The notes: generated by a model not told the origin, from the letters alone. A stretch of DNA of 63,231 nucleotides from an uncultured Bacilli bacterium (GCA_944358865.1 CALVRV010000005.1:1-63231); one strand, 5' to 3'; positions 29,315 to 39,515 are shown, counted from the stretch's first letter. Program-made: numbers and translations.

Positions 29315-30586
29315 ATGGAAACAAAATATTATTTAAATCAAACGACAAATTATCAAATTTTTGTAAGAAACCATTCTAAAGAAGGAACCTTTAAAGAAGT
29401 AACAAAAGACTTACCAAGAATAAAAGAATTAGGTGTAGATATGATTCAACTTTTACCTATTCACCCAATTGGAAAAAAGGATAGAAAAGGCACTTATGGA
29501 TCACCTTATTCAGTAAAAGATTATTATAAAATCAGTGACGATTTAGGAACATTAGAAGATTTTAAAGAACTAGTTAAAGAAACACACAAATTAGGAATGA
29601 AAATTATCCTAGATATGGTTTTTAATCATACTGCGAAAGACAGTGTTGTTTTTGATGAACATCCTGAATTTTATTACTATCATGATAATAAACCCGCAAA
29701 CAAACTTGGTGATTGGTCAGATGTTATTGATTTAAGAATGGATTTAATTCCTGTTCAAGACTATTTTATCAATGTTTTAGCGTATTGGCTAAATCTAGGA
29801 GTTGATGGATTTAGATTTGATGTTGCTAGTTTAATTCCAATGACATTTTTTAAACGTGCAAGAGAAAAACTTGGTGAAAAGCCAATATTTTTTGCAGAAT
29901 CTATACATAGAGAATTTACTGATTATATATTAACCACTAATTTTTATGTTACTTTAGATAAAGATTTATACCCTACTTTTGATTCTTCATATAACTATAA
30001 TACTTACACTGCGTTATTTGATTTTTTAAATGGTAAGACAAACTCTATTAAGAAGTACATATCTCAATTATTAGAGCAAGAAAAAACTTTTCCTAAAACT
30101 TATAACAAATCAACAACATTAGAAAATCATGATCAAAAACGTATTGCTGAAGTTTGTAAAAACGAATTAACATTAAAAAATATTGTTGCTTTTTCGTTTA
30201 TAAATAAAGGAATGGCTTTCGTCTATGAAGGCGAAGAATATAAATTAACCCATCAACCTGAATTATTTGAAAAAGATGTTATAGAATTTAAATTGACAGA
30301 TGAGTCTTATTATCAATATATCAAAGATTTAATCGCGCTTAAAAAACATCCGGCCTTTTTACATTATGATAATTTCCTTTATCATGATGGTGATGATTCT
30401 ACAATAGAAATCAGTTTTGATGACATTGATAAAAAATCATTACATGGCTTATTTAACTTAAGTGGAGAAAATCATAAATATCATTTTGAAAATGGCACTT
30501 ATTACGATTTAATATCTAAAACAAATATTGTTGTAACAAACAATCTAATCGAACTAAAAGAACCATTACTTTTAAAAAAGATTTAA
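29315..30586 (+). CDS. cytoplasmic GH13 alpha-amylase-family glycosidase
   Basis: DMVFNHT, GVDGFRFDVA, FFAES and LENHDQ blocks, with no signal peptide. Start moved to the ATG at 29315, which has an AAGGAG RBS. Confidence 0.8.
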   Translation: METKYYLNQTTNYQIFVRNHSKEGTFKEVTKDLPRIKELGVDMIQLLPIHPIGKKDRKGTYGSPYSVKDYYKISDDLGTLEDFKELVKETHKLGMKIILDMVFNHTAKDSVVFDEHPEFYYYHDNKPANKLGDWSDVIDLRMDLIPVQDYFINVLAYWLNLGVDGFRFDVASLIPMTFFKRAREKLGEKPIFFAESIHREFTDYILTTNFYVTLDKDLYPTFDSSYNYNTYTALFDFLNGKTNSIKKYISQLLEQEKTFPKTYNKSTTLENHDQKRIAEVCKNELTLKNIVAFSFINKGMAFVYEGEEYKLTHQPELFEKDVIEFKLTDESYYQYIKDLIALKKHPAFLHYDNFLYHDGDDSTIEISFDDIDKKSLHGLFNLSGENHKYHFENGTYYDLISKTNIVVTNNLIELKEPLLLKKI

Positions 30587-31848
30587 AAATCTTTATCTGT
30601 TTTTAAAACTGCATGAAGCAAAGTGGTCGCTAATTTGTGACAATGATCTAAAGATGTATATTCTTCGTCACAATGTGAACGACCATTTTTTGATGGAGCA
30701 AAAATCATTGTTGTTGGTAACATGTACGAAGCAAATTGTGCATCATGACCTGCACCTGAATTGATAAATTGATTTTTATAACCTAATTCATCAGCGCTAG
30801 ACTTAACAAAATTAACTAATCTAGGATCAAAATAAGTTGTATCGCGCGACCAATTTAATTTAGTTTTAACTAAACAACCATCTAACTTTAATCCATCAAA
30901 AGAATTAATAATGTCGGCAACACGTTTTAATACTACATGATCTATATGACGAACATCTATCATTATTTCTGCATAACTTGGAATGACTGTATGAACATTA
31001 GGTTTTACACATATTTGACCGTTTGTGTAAACCAAATCATCAATTTTTAATTCGTCAATTTTATTGTGTAACTCTACTAATATTTTGCTTAACGTTAATA
31101 GCGCATCTTTACGATATTTCATTGGTGTTGTTCCAGCATGATTTGCTTGGCCTTCAACAATAATAGAATAATTAACCATTCCTAAAACACATCTAACCAC
31201 TCCAATATCATTGCCACTTGTTTCTAATATTGGTCCTTGTTCAATATGAGCTTCAAACATTGCTAAATAATCATGTGGGTTTAATCTATTTTTGTATTCT
31301 CCTTTATATTTAAATTTATCTAAAGCTTCTTTAAAAGTTGTTTTATTTGTTAATATATCTTTACTTGAAAACATTTTATCTTCATCGTAATTACTAGCAA
31401 TATTTTCAGGTAAATATTTTTTACAAAGCATACCAGAAACCATTATTGCAGGTGGATATAAAGATCCTTCCTCATTTGTCCAAATCATCGCTACAACATC
31501 ATGTTTATGTGGAATGTTTTCTTTTTTAATTGTTTCTAATACTTCCATCGCGCATATAACACCAAGTATTCCATCATAATTTCCACCATTTAAAACTGAA
31601 TCACAATGAGATGCCATGACTATTTTCTTATGTAAAGAATCGCTCCCTTTTAAAATAGCATACATATTTGCATAGTCATCAAAAACTACTTCAGCACCAA
31701 TACTTTCCATTCTAGTTTTAAAATATGTTCTTGCTAATTCATCTTCTTTAGATAAAGCATACCTAGTAATTCCACCATTTTTATCATCACCAAATGTTGA
31801 AAAAGTTTTGATTTTATCTTCAATTCTATTAATATCACACTTAATCAT
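30583..31848 (-). CDS. M20-family amidohydrolase (N-carbamoyl-amino-acid / allantoate / beta-ureidopropionate hydrolase type)
   Basis: SHCDSVLNGGNYDGILGV metal-binding block. 421 aa. Confidence 0.8.
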   Translation of the reverse strand: MIKCDINRIEDKIKTFSTFGDDKNGGITRYALSKEDELARTYFKTRMESIGAEVVFDDYANMYAILKGSDSLHKKIVMASHCDSVLNGGNYDGILGVICAMEVLETIKKENIPHKHDVVAMIWTNEEGSLYPPAIMVSGMLCKKYLPENIASNYDEDKMFSSKDILTNKTTFKEALDKFKYKGEYKNRLNPHDYLAMFEAHIEQGPILETSGNDIGVVRCVLGMVNYSIIVEGQANHAGTTPMKYRKDALLTLSKILVELHNKIDELKIDDLVYTNGQICVKPNVHTVIPSYAEIMIDVRHIDHVVLKRVADIINSFDGLKLDGCLVKTKLNWSRDTTYFDPRLVNFVKSSADELGYKNQFINSGAGHDAQFASYMLPTTMIFAPSKNGRSHCDEEYTSLDHCHKLATTLLHAVLKTDKDF

Positions 31849-31850
31849 AA

Positions 31851-33209
31851 TTAGCCTCTTTTGATATATTTACCAAAACCAATTTTTGCAAGTGGTGTAT
31901 TATTTTTTAATAAAAATTCGCCTCGTAAAATAACAGTTTCAATTTTACCGCTATACTCATAACCTTCCCAAATTGAATAATCGGATTTTGAAAAAGACAT
32001 TTCTTCTTTATTAAAAACATATTTATTTCTTGGATTATAAATGACAATATCCGCGTCATTATTAACTTTTATTTCACCTTTAAAAAGAATATTAAATATC
32101 TTTGCAGGATTATAGGAAACAAGTCTTGCAGCGTCAAGATATGAGATAACACCACGATTAGCTTTATCTAGCATATAAGGATATAAATTTTCTATACCAT
32201 CACAACCATTTGGAGTTTTTCTAAAATCATTTATTCCCCATAATTTTTCTTTTAATAAAAATGGGCAATGATCAGTTGCAACAACATCAATTGTTTTATC
32301 ATAGATTGCATCCCAAAGTGCAAGTTGGCTTTCTTTATTTTTGATTGCTGGTGAACAAACATAATTTTGTGAATCTTCTTTTTTATAAACATCGCTTGTA
32401 AAATTTAAATATTGTGGACATGTTTCAGCATAGACAATTTGACCTTGTTCTTTTGCTTTACGTATTGCGTTAATTCCATCTTTACAGGCGTTATGAACTA
32501 TATATATTGGAGCGTCAGCCTCTTTTGCAATTTTTAATGCTTTTAATACTCCTTCATATTCAACTTGCTCATCTCTAGATAAATAATGATAATAATTATT
32601 TAATTTATTTTCTTTAACAAAAGTTTCAATGTTTTTATCTATTTCATCTACATTTTCTGCGTGAATATTTACTAAAAGATTGCAAGTCTTGGCTTTTTTT
32701 AAAATTTTTAATAAATTATCATCACTTATCATCATGTTTTCTTTTTTATAGACCATAAAACATTTAAAAGATGATATTCCAAGATCTTTTGCACTTTCCA
32801 TTTCTTTTAAAATATCATTATCAGCCCGTGTTAAAGCAATATGAAAACCATAATCCGTATAAGAATTTTTACTTAATTGTAATTTCTTATCTAATAATTC
32901 TTTAAACGTTTTTTCTTTTTTCATTATGGCATAATCTAAATATGTTGTTATTCCATTTATCGCACCGGCAAGAGATCCTGATACATAATCATCGCTTGAA
33001 TATGTACCACCAAAATCCATATGAAAATGAGTGTGAACATCAATGCCACCAGGTAAAACATATTTACCTCTTGCATTAATATATTTATAATCTTTGGTTT
33101 GCTTGATATCTTTTCCTATCTCAACAATTTTTTCACCATCAATTACAATATCTAAAACTTCTATTTTGTCATTTAAAACAACGTTCCCGTTTTTAATTAA
33201 TATTTTCAT
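31851..33209 (-). CDS. dihydropyrimidinase / D-hydantoinase
   Basis: GGIDVHTHF, SSFKCFM (carboxylated-Lys block), and VATDHCPF. Confidence 0.85.
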   Translation of the reverse strand: MKILIKNGNVVLNDKIEVLDIVIDGEKIVEIGKDIKQTKDYKYINARGKYVLPGGIDVHTHFHMDFGGTYSSDDYVSGSLAGAINGITTYLDYAIMKKEKTFKELLDKKLQLSKNSYTDYGFHIALTRADNDILKEMESAKDLGISSFKCFMVYKKENMMISDDNLLKILKKAKTCNLLVNIHAENVDEIDKNIETFVKENKLNNYYHYLSRDEQVEYEGVLKALKIAKEADAPIYIVHNACKDGINAIRKAKEQGQIVYAETCPQYLNFTSDVYKKEDSQNYVCSPAIKNKESQLALWDAIYDKTIDVVATDHCPFLLKEKLWGINDFRKTPNGCDGIENLYPYMLDKANRGVISYLDAARLVSYNPAKIFNILFKGEIKVNNDADIVIYNPRNKYVFNKEEMSFSKSDYSIWEGYEYSGKIETVILRGEFLLKNNTPLAKIGFGKYIKRG

Positions 33210-33227
33210 ATGTTTTATCCTTTTTTA

Positions 33228-33605
33228 TTATTTGTTATTTTTTATAATTAAATCCGCTGTTGCTTTATTTGTTGCAATTGGAATATCATAAACAACCGCA
33301 ATTCTTAATAAAGCCTTAACATCAGGATCATGAGGTTGAGCTTCTAATGGATCCCAAAAGAATATAACCATATCAATTTCTTTTTCAGCAATATGAGCCC
33401 CTATTTGTTGATCGCCACCTAGTGGTCCACTTAAATAGGCTTTAACAGTTAGCCCTGTAGCCCTACTTATCAGATTAGCGGTATGACCTGTTCCACATAA
33501 ATTAAAATCTTTTAAAATTTCTTTGTTTTTTAATGCCCACACTACTATTTCTTCTTTTTTATGATCGTGAGCTATCAATGCAATTGTTTTCTTTTTAGTT
33601 TTCAT
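33228..33605 (-). CDS. mgsA: methylglyoxal synthase
   Basis: [10 protein letters not shown]...GGDQQIGA...DPL..QPHDPDV. Confidence 0.9.
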   Translation of the reverse strand: MKTKKKTIALIAHDHKKEEIVVWALKNKEILKDFNLCGTGHTANLISRATGLTVKAYLSGPLGGDQQIGAHIAEKEIDMVIFFWDPLEAQPHDPDVKALLRIAVVYDIPIATNKATADLIIKNNK

Positions 33606-33639
33606 GTATATATTTTAACAAACAAAATAATATTGTAAT

Positions 33640-33666
33640 AGACTAAATTAATAGAAAAATTAGATT
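33640..33666 (+). repeat. left copy of the 27-bp perfect direct repeat AGACTAAATTAATAGAAAAATTAGATT bounding the BREX island
   Basis: Identical to 48484-48510. The flanking bases differ on both sides. Confidence 0.9.
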
Positions 33667-33731
33667 CTGTTAAGTGACAAAGTCAATGCAACTCTAACTG
33701 TTTTATAACTACTATTTCTTTTTTGTATAAT

Positions 33732-33960
33732 ATGTTTGTCTTCTTTGCTTATTAGGAACTAGAAATGGCGAATTATAAAAAACAAGCAAAGAAAAAGACT
33801 GGCAATTAAATCTTTAGGATATTTATCAGAATTAAAAAAGATTTATGATAATCATATTCGCGTTTTAAAGAAGTTACTAAAAGACGACTATAGAAAAGAA
33901 ACAAAAAAAACGATATACAGACAATAAAGATTGATTATTCATTGGATGCTAGAGAATTTC
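33732..33960 (+). mobile_element. decayed IS1634-like transposase N-terminal remnant (left)
   Basis: Broken frames read MFVFFAY*, then ...RIIKNKQRKRLAIKSLGYLSELKKIYDNHIRVLKKLL...*. This parallels the right-hand remnant (KLSELKKEYDDPIAYFK). Confidence 0.5.
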
Positions 33961-34134
33961 TTCTTTTAAAATAGGTAACCTTTTTATTCAAAAAATACTT
34001 AAGAAAAAGTTTTTTAAAAACAATGGTAGACTAACTACAAAAATTTGTAAAAATAAAATTTAAAAAAGTCCCAATGTATCTAAGAAAATATACTTTTTCT
34101 TTTATTTTTTGTCAAAGATGGGTTGTTAAATCTT

Positions 34135-34167
34135 CTTTCTCTTTGATTTGCAAGAGAGAAAGTTTTC
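34135..34167 (+). terminator. hairpin plus T-run
   Basis: CTTTCTCT-12 nt-AGAGAAAG followed by TTTT, located between the IS remnant and the end of the BREX operon. Confidence 0.3.
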
Positions 34168-34235
34168 ATTGTATGGCCTAATTGGCATTAACAAACGATA
34201 ACTGTTTATAATAAAATATTCATTTTCTTCGTTTG

Positions 34236-34952
34236 TCATAATCCTTTGGTTAAAAAATAAACTATAAGACCACTAGCGACAGCAGAAACAATGCCCACAA
34301 TTATAGGAACTATAATCTGCCACAAAATTTTGTTTTCTTTCTTTGGTATCGTAAATGTTTTGCCATTAACAATGATGGCATCATATATCTCTTTGTTCAA
34401 ATTTTTAATTGATTGCCCGTTTTTCTTGATATCAAGATTATCGAGGTCAACTCCTGCATCTTCAAACGAACAAATTAAATTAATAACTCTTGTTTTCACA
34501 GCAGCGTAAACCCTGGAATAAAACTCTGGGTTAATAAGTTGCTTAATTGATGTACATTGGATTCCGTCTGTGTTTTTATATATTTCTGATGCAAGAACAG
34601 TTAAATCCCTATACATTTGCTGTTTTTCATCTTTTTTCTTTTCGACATCGTAAATATTTTCAAAAATACCAATACTTTCAACTTGTTTTAAGGTATTTTC
34701 GCTTAAATATCCAGCTTGAATTGGTGTGTTTGTTATTTGCAACATTCCAGCTAAGCCCGAATAAATTATGTTCCTAGACGAATATTTTCTATATGAAGGC
34801 AACGTATTGAAGCCTTGATATCCATTCAATTCATTCATGCACCAAGCAGATAAATCGCTATTATTCGTTTTCTTTGAAATGATTAAAAGCCTTTCCAAGC
34901 ACTCAGAAAGCTTAATTAATCCACTTGTTAATTCGTTTAGTATTTTGGACAT
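34236..34952 (-). CDS. AbiTii-like protein with C-terminal TM anchor, coupled to brxL
   Basis: The ATG at 34952 lies 1 nt after the brxL TAA. The ORF-track start at 34961 is a TTG that overlaps brxL. The motif W-CMN-ELNGY-x9-YRK is as I remember it for the AbiTii family. C-terminal helix ILWQIIVPIIVGIVSAVASGLIVYFLT. Confidence 0.5.
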   Translation of the reverse strand: MSKILNELTSGLIKLSECLERLLIISKKTNNSDLSAWCMNELNGYQGFNTLPSYRKYSSRNIIYSGLAGMLQITNTPIQAGYLSENTLKQVESIGIFENIYDVEKKKDEKQQMYRDLTVLASEIYKNTDGIQCTSIKQLINPEFYSRVYAAVKTRVINLICSFEDAGVDLDNLDIKKNGQSIKNLNKEIYDAIIVNGKTFTIPKKENKILWQIIVPIIVGIVSAVASGLIVYFLTKGL

Positions 34953-34953
34953 A

Positions 34954-36972
34954 TTATTCAATACCTAAGGCCTTAATAGCAGCATCCTCTGGAGATGTAT
35001 AGAAGCTTGTTTGGAACTTGGCAAATAATTCGCTTGGAACGGTCGCTATATCCACTGCGTTACTCATCGGTAAAAGAATCTTCTTAGCTCCTGCATCAAA
35101 ACAAACTTGTAGGGAATCCGCTAAATTATCAACTTTACTGATTGTACCACCAATAGTCATAGAGCCAAGAACCATCATTTGAGATGATAATGATCTACCT
35201 AAAGCAGCACTGATATACGAAATATAAACAGCTAAACTAATTGATGAATCAATACCAATTCCATGACAATCTTCGACATGCATCAAATAATCCTTTTGTT
35301 CTAAGGAGATGGTTTGACTAATATGTTTAGCATTGGCTTTGAAATAGTTTTGAGCAGTTTTCACTGATTCTTTTAATTCTTTAGAATTGCTTAAACCTGT
35401 AACTTCAAATTTGCCACCACCTTTTTCATTTAATGAACATTCGATTCTAGCAACTCCAATTGTGGTTGCACTACTGCAAGTCGTATAAATCGTTCCAGCT
35501 GGTGAATTGCCTTCTGGAATTAATTTGCCACCGCCTTGTTCTTTAACAGATACGAACTTCTCTTCCATTGTTTCTAAATCGATGTATGAGAATTGTGTGT
35601 CATAGAATTCCATGCCACCTAATTTCTTAAGCTGTTCTTTGACTCTTCTTCTACCCTCTAATGCATAGACAAGGATTTCTTCAATATCTTCTTTAGAATA
35701 ATTTTCATCTGGATAAAGGAGTTTACACATAGCAGAAACCATCTTATTGACCGCCATAGTATCTCTTTGGTTAAGACATCTGCCTAATTTGAAGAATCTA
35801 TGGTAGCAATCAGCGTCGCTTCTTTTTCTCATTTCTCTGAGGAATTCAGCGAAATAATCAGAAATAAAGCCCCAATTATCAGTGAAATATTCTGGTCTTA
35901 ATTTAGGAACTTCCCATCCTGGTAAATAGAAATGCATTCTATCTAAGAAAGCAGTATCAATCATCGCTTCTGGAAATGGTTCAAACAGTGTTGATGTTTT
36001 TAATAATGATTCAACGCTTTGGTTAATATTTCCTTCAAAAACCATAGAGGCCTTAGCAATGATGGATTCCTTGCCTCTAACAAACGATCCACTATTCATG
36101 TAGTCTTTCATGATTTGGATACCATCTTTATCTTTAAAGTTAATACCTGCAACTTCATCAAAAGCTACAACATCCCACATACCAACTAAACCAACAGTTT
36201 TTCTTCCCATGTTGTAGAAAAGATTGGCCACTGTGGTCTGTCCGCCGGAAAGAAGGATGGAGTTTGGCGACAATTCTTTATAAATATGTGATTTTCCAGT
36301 ACTTCTAGGACCCAATTCACATAAATTCATATTAGATTCTATCATCGGTGCAATTCGAGCCAAGAGATGCCATTTTACGCGTTTATCAAAATAAGCTGGC
36401 TCCATGCCACAGCTTCTAATAATCAAATCAATCCATTCTTCTTTAGCAAAGTCTTTTCTAGCTTCGATAATTTCATTCAAATCAAAGCCAGGCATTTGGA
36501 TTGGAGTAATGTCGTCGATATGGAACGCTCCACCATCATCATCGTTATATTTATATGAAAGTTGAATAATGCACCAAATACCATCACTCAATAATCTTTC
36601 GTTATCTTTAATGTAATGGTCATCGATAATATCGCTGATACCCATGTTATGAAGATTGCCGTAATAGACGTTATGTCTTTCATCAAATCTGGCATCAACA
36701 ACATCAATAACGTTGTATGTTTCATTATCTCTGATTCTTGATTTAATCAAATTGACTTCATCGTTTCTGACATAGTTCTCGGCTAAAATCTTTTTAACTT
36801 GCTCGATGCCTTTATCAATTTCTTTTTCATCATCAGAGGAACAATAAGTGCCTAAAAGATATTCCAAAACATATGTTGGAACATTGGATACACCTTTAAT
36901 CAATTTGGTTGCACCTTTTTTAACTACTCGCCCAGCAAATGATTCATAAGCTTTTCTATCTAAATCATCCAT
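34954..36972 (-). CDS. brxL: BREX Lon-like protease BrxL
   Basis: 672 aa. Walker A GPRSTGKSH, a Lon-protease-like C-terminal domain, and the last position of a type 1 BREX operon. AGGAGG RBS. Confidence 0.85.
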   Translation of the reverse strand: MDDLDRKAYESFAGRVVKKGATKLIKGVSNVPTYVLEYLLGTYCSSDDEKEIDKGIEQVKKILAENYVRNDEVNLIKSRIRDNETYNVIDVVDARFDERHNVYYGNLHNMGISDIIDDHYIKDNERLLSDGIWCIIQLSYKYNDDDGGAFHIDDITPIQMPGFDLNEIIEARKDFAKEEWIDLIIRSCGMEPAYFDKRVKWHLLARIAPMIESNMNLCELGPRSTGKSHIYKELSPNSILLSGGQTTVANLFYNMGRKTVGLVGMWDVVAFDEVAGINFKDKDGIQIMKDYMNSGSFVRGKESIIAKASMVFEGNINQSVESLLKTSTLFEPFPEAMIDTAFLDRMHFYLPGWEVPKLRPEYFTDNWGFISDYFAEFLREMRKRSDADCYHRFFKLGRCLNQRDTMAVNKMVSAMCKLLYPDENYSKEDIEEILVYALEGRRRVKEQLKKLGGMEFYDTQFSYIDLETMEEKFVSVKEQGGGKLIPEGNSPAGTIYTTCSSATTIGVARIECSLNEKGGGKFEVTGLSNSKELKESVKTAQNYFKANAKHISQTISLEQKDYLMHVEDCHGIGIDSSISLAVYISYISAALGRSLSSQMMVLGSMTIGGTISKVDNLADSLQVCFDAGAKKILLPMSNAVDIATVPSELFAKFQTSFYTSPEDAAIKALGIE

Positions 36973-36986
36973 AAAATTTATTCCTC

Positions 36987-39506
36987 CTAGAACATCTTGA
37001 AGCCAATGATATCGATGATAAATTGAATTTCTTCAATGGTTTCTCCGCTGTCGTTATCTTCTATTACAAGGTAATATCTCTTGTTTCTATCGTAAGTTTG
37101 ATTCTTTAGCAAGAATCTCATATCAATAATTCTTTCAGCTGGATCATCTGTTGATTTATTAGCAATAAGAATCTTCTTTTCACTGATTTCGTTGTGTTCG
37201 TCATCAACAAAATAAACCATCAATGTTGCAGGCGTTTTCTTACCATCAACTTTTTCCATCTGCTCAAATTGAAGTGAGAAAGATTTATTCATAATCTTGT
37301 GAGTTGAAGTTTTAAGTCTAACCTTGACTGGTTCTGCAACCTTATCTAAAGCTTTACTTCTCATTTCAGAAAGTGTGATGATTGGTGTGACTAATTCTTG
37401 TAACGAGGCACCACCATGGATGTATTGAATACCACCACCAGCTTTTCTAAATAAATCATAAGAATATGGGGAATATACTTTTTGATGGTAACTACCTAAA
37501 TACTCCAGATCAAATGTATTGGTATCGGTTAAATCTAAGTTGTTATCAACAACTGCATATCTTTGTGAATAATCATCAAGGCCTAAGCCTGCAAATGAAT
37601 TATATTTGCTAGATGCATCAATCTTCTTATTTCTATAAATGAATCCATGATCGCTTGTGACCATGTAATTTGAAATTTGAAGAGTGTTATATAACTTTCT
37701 GATTAAATCAATAATTTCTTTAATGGCAGTATTGCATGCTTCGAATACATCTGTATCGTGTTCACCAGCATTATCAATTGTATTGTGAAAGATATAAACA
37801 AGGGACTTATCATCCATATAACGACGAAGTGTTTCTTTGTTCATCTTAATAATATCTACATATTGAATAGCAGCATATGATTGCGATCTTGATTTAAGAA
37901 TCTTGTCTCTATTATCAGTTCCGCTACTTGGCTTTCCATCTACAAAGACTTGTTTGTTTTCGTAAGATATGATTTCGTTTGGAAGAAGTGAGGCCATACC
38001 AAACGTGGTAATGGATGGAAGAGTTGTAACTTGATATTCAAGTTTAGCTAAACCATTAAACTTATCAGCGCGATTAAGTTGTCTTACTAATTCCGCACCA
38101 ACCTCGTATCTAAGAGCGTCAGAAACGATAATAAATTGCTTCTTAGCAAGTCTCTTTATTCTGTTCTTAAAGAAATATTTAGATAATTCAACAGAACCAA
38201 ATGAATAATGTGGTTCAATTGTTTTTAGACTACTGGAGAATGTTCCACCCAATTTGGATAAGAATTTATTTTCATAAGTGTTATCCACAACATTAACCAA
38301 CGCCATCTGATTGTCATCCGGTTCAACGATTTTGGAATAAGCGTTGATGGCGTGTCTATAATTGCTATCCACCTCATAATAACTTTCGCAATATTTGGAA
38401 ATATAATCGGAAGGTGTTAATCCTTGTTCAATGGATATATCCGCTGTTTTCTTTAATTGAATGGCGTATTTTAAGAAATCATATTGGTTCTCGAATTCGC
38501 TATACCACTCTGTTGTTAAACGATAATCATTAATGACTTTAAGATAGAAATCAAAATCATATGATCCACTAACTAATGAATTAGTTATTGTTTTGATAAT
38601 GTGCCTATCAAAGTCCTTGAATTCATCGCTAAAGGCGAGAGTATCAATTCCTCTAGATTTAATAATTTCTTTAATTCTTAATTTCTTTGAATATTCCTCT
38701 TGGAGTCCATCATAACGTTTATCTTTCTTTAATATTGCATTTACAAAGTAAAGAATAGATTCGGGGGAATCTTTGATAATTAATTTATTCCATAGAGGAC
38801 TATCAATCTTAAAGTTTTTATTTTGAGTAACTGAGGTCATTAAGAAGGATCTAATTAATGTATCAACGTTTTCTTCACCGCTATAGAAGAATTGTTCTGA
38901 CACCATTGTCCAGAATTCATTCTTAAAATTGAATTTTTCTAATTCTTTATATTTCTTGCCAGTTTCAACATCAAAGATGACTTCTAATAAGATGTGGTCA
39001 ATCTTCGGATAATCAGCTTTCACTAAAGAAGCCATCATATTAAGTTCCAATTCGGCTGGTTGGATTGAATCATTAATAGGATATTTCTTAGTTAAATCCC
39101 CAACTCTTTGTTTACTTTCAAAGAACGATAAATGTCTTTGGATAACTTCTCTAAGTTTAGATGTTTCTAACCCTAGATTTCTCATTGTTAAAGCAACAAC
39201 GTCAGCGTAATATTCTTCGCTATATAAAAGAGTGTCTAACAGCCAATTCTCAACATCAGATGGTCTTTTACATGGAAAATAAATAAGATAATTTGATGTT
39301 TTATCTTCGATTTCTAATAAAGTTTTAATTGAGAATGGGTTGTTTTCATAGATGATGACTTTAGCATTATCAAACGAATCATTTTTAATCTCTTCTATGA
39401 ATGTTTGCATTTCATCATACCAAAAGATTATATGTCGAAAATCAGATGGCTTATTAAACATCTTTATAAGTTGCAACTTAGCTTCTTGATAACTACTGTC
39501 GTTCAT
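36987..39506 (-). CDS. pglZ: BREX alkaline-phosphatase-family protein PglZ
   Basis: 839 aa. PglZ-type core (SDALRYEVG...TSDHGF). Lies between pglX and brxL. Confidence 0.85.
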   Translation of the reverse strand: MNDSSYQEAKLQLIKMFNKPSDFRHIIFWYDEMQTFIEEIKNDSFDNAKVIIYENNPFSIKTLLEIEDKTSNYLIYFPCKRPSDVENWLLDTLLYSEEYYADVVALTMRNLGLETSKLREVIQRHLSFFESKQRVGDLTKKYPINDSIQPAELELNMMASLVKADYPKIDHILLEVIFDVETGKKYKELEKFNFKNEFWTMVSEQFFYSGEENVDTLIRSFLMTSVTQNKNFKIDSPLWNKLIIKDSPESILYFVNAILKKDKRYDGLQEEYSKKLRIKEIIKSRGIDTLAFSDEFKDFDRHIIKTITNSLVSGSYDFDFYLKVINDYRLTTEWYSEFENQYDFLKYAIQLKKTADISIEQGLTPSDYISKYCESYYEVDSNYRHAINAYSKIVEPDDNQMALVNVVDNTYENKFLSKLGGTFSSSLKTIEPHYSFGSVELSKYFFKNRIKRLAKKQFIIVSDALRYEVGAELVRQLNRADKFNGLAKLEYQVTTLPSITTFGMASLLPNEIISYENKQVFVDGKPSSGTDNRDKILKSRSQSYAAIQYVDIIKMNKETLRRYMDDKSLVYIFHNTIDNAGEHDTDVFEACNTAIKEIIDLIRKLYNTLQISNYMVTSDHGFIYRNKKIDASSKYNSFAGLGLDDYSQRYAVVDNNLDLTDTNTFDLEYLGSYHQKVYSPYSYDLFRKAGGGIQYIHGGASLQELVTPIITLSEMRSKALDKVAEPVKVRLKTSTHKIMNKSFSLQFEQMEKVDGKKTPATLMVYFVDDEHNEISEKKILIANKSTDDPAERIIDMRFLLKNQTYDRNKRYYLVIEDNDSGETIEEIQFIIDIIGFKMF

Positions 39507-39515
39507 AGCACCCTC

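Noticed and set aside
33640-33666. The 27-bp direct repeat as a classical transposition target-site duplication.
   Set aside because: 27 bp is far longer than the target-site duplications made by DDE transposases. An att-like core or homologous IS-derived sequence is more plausible.
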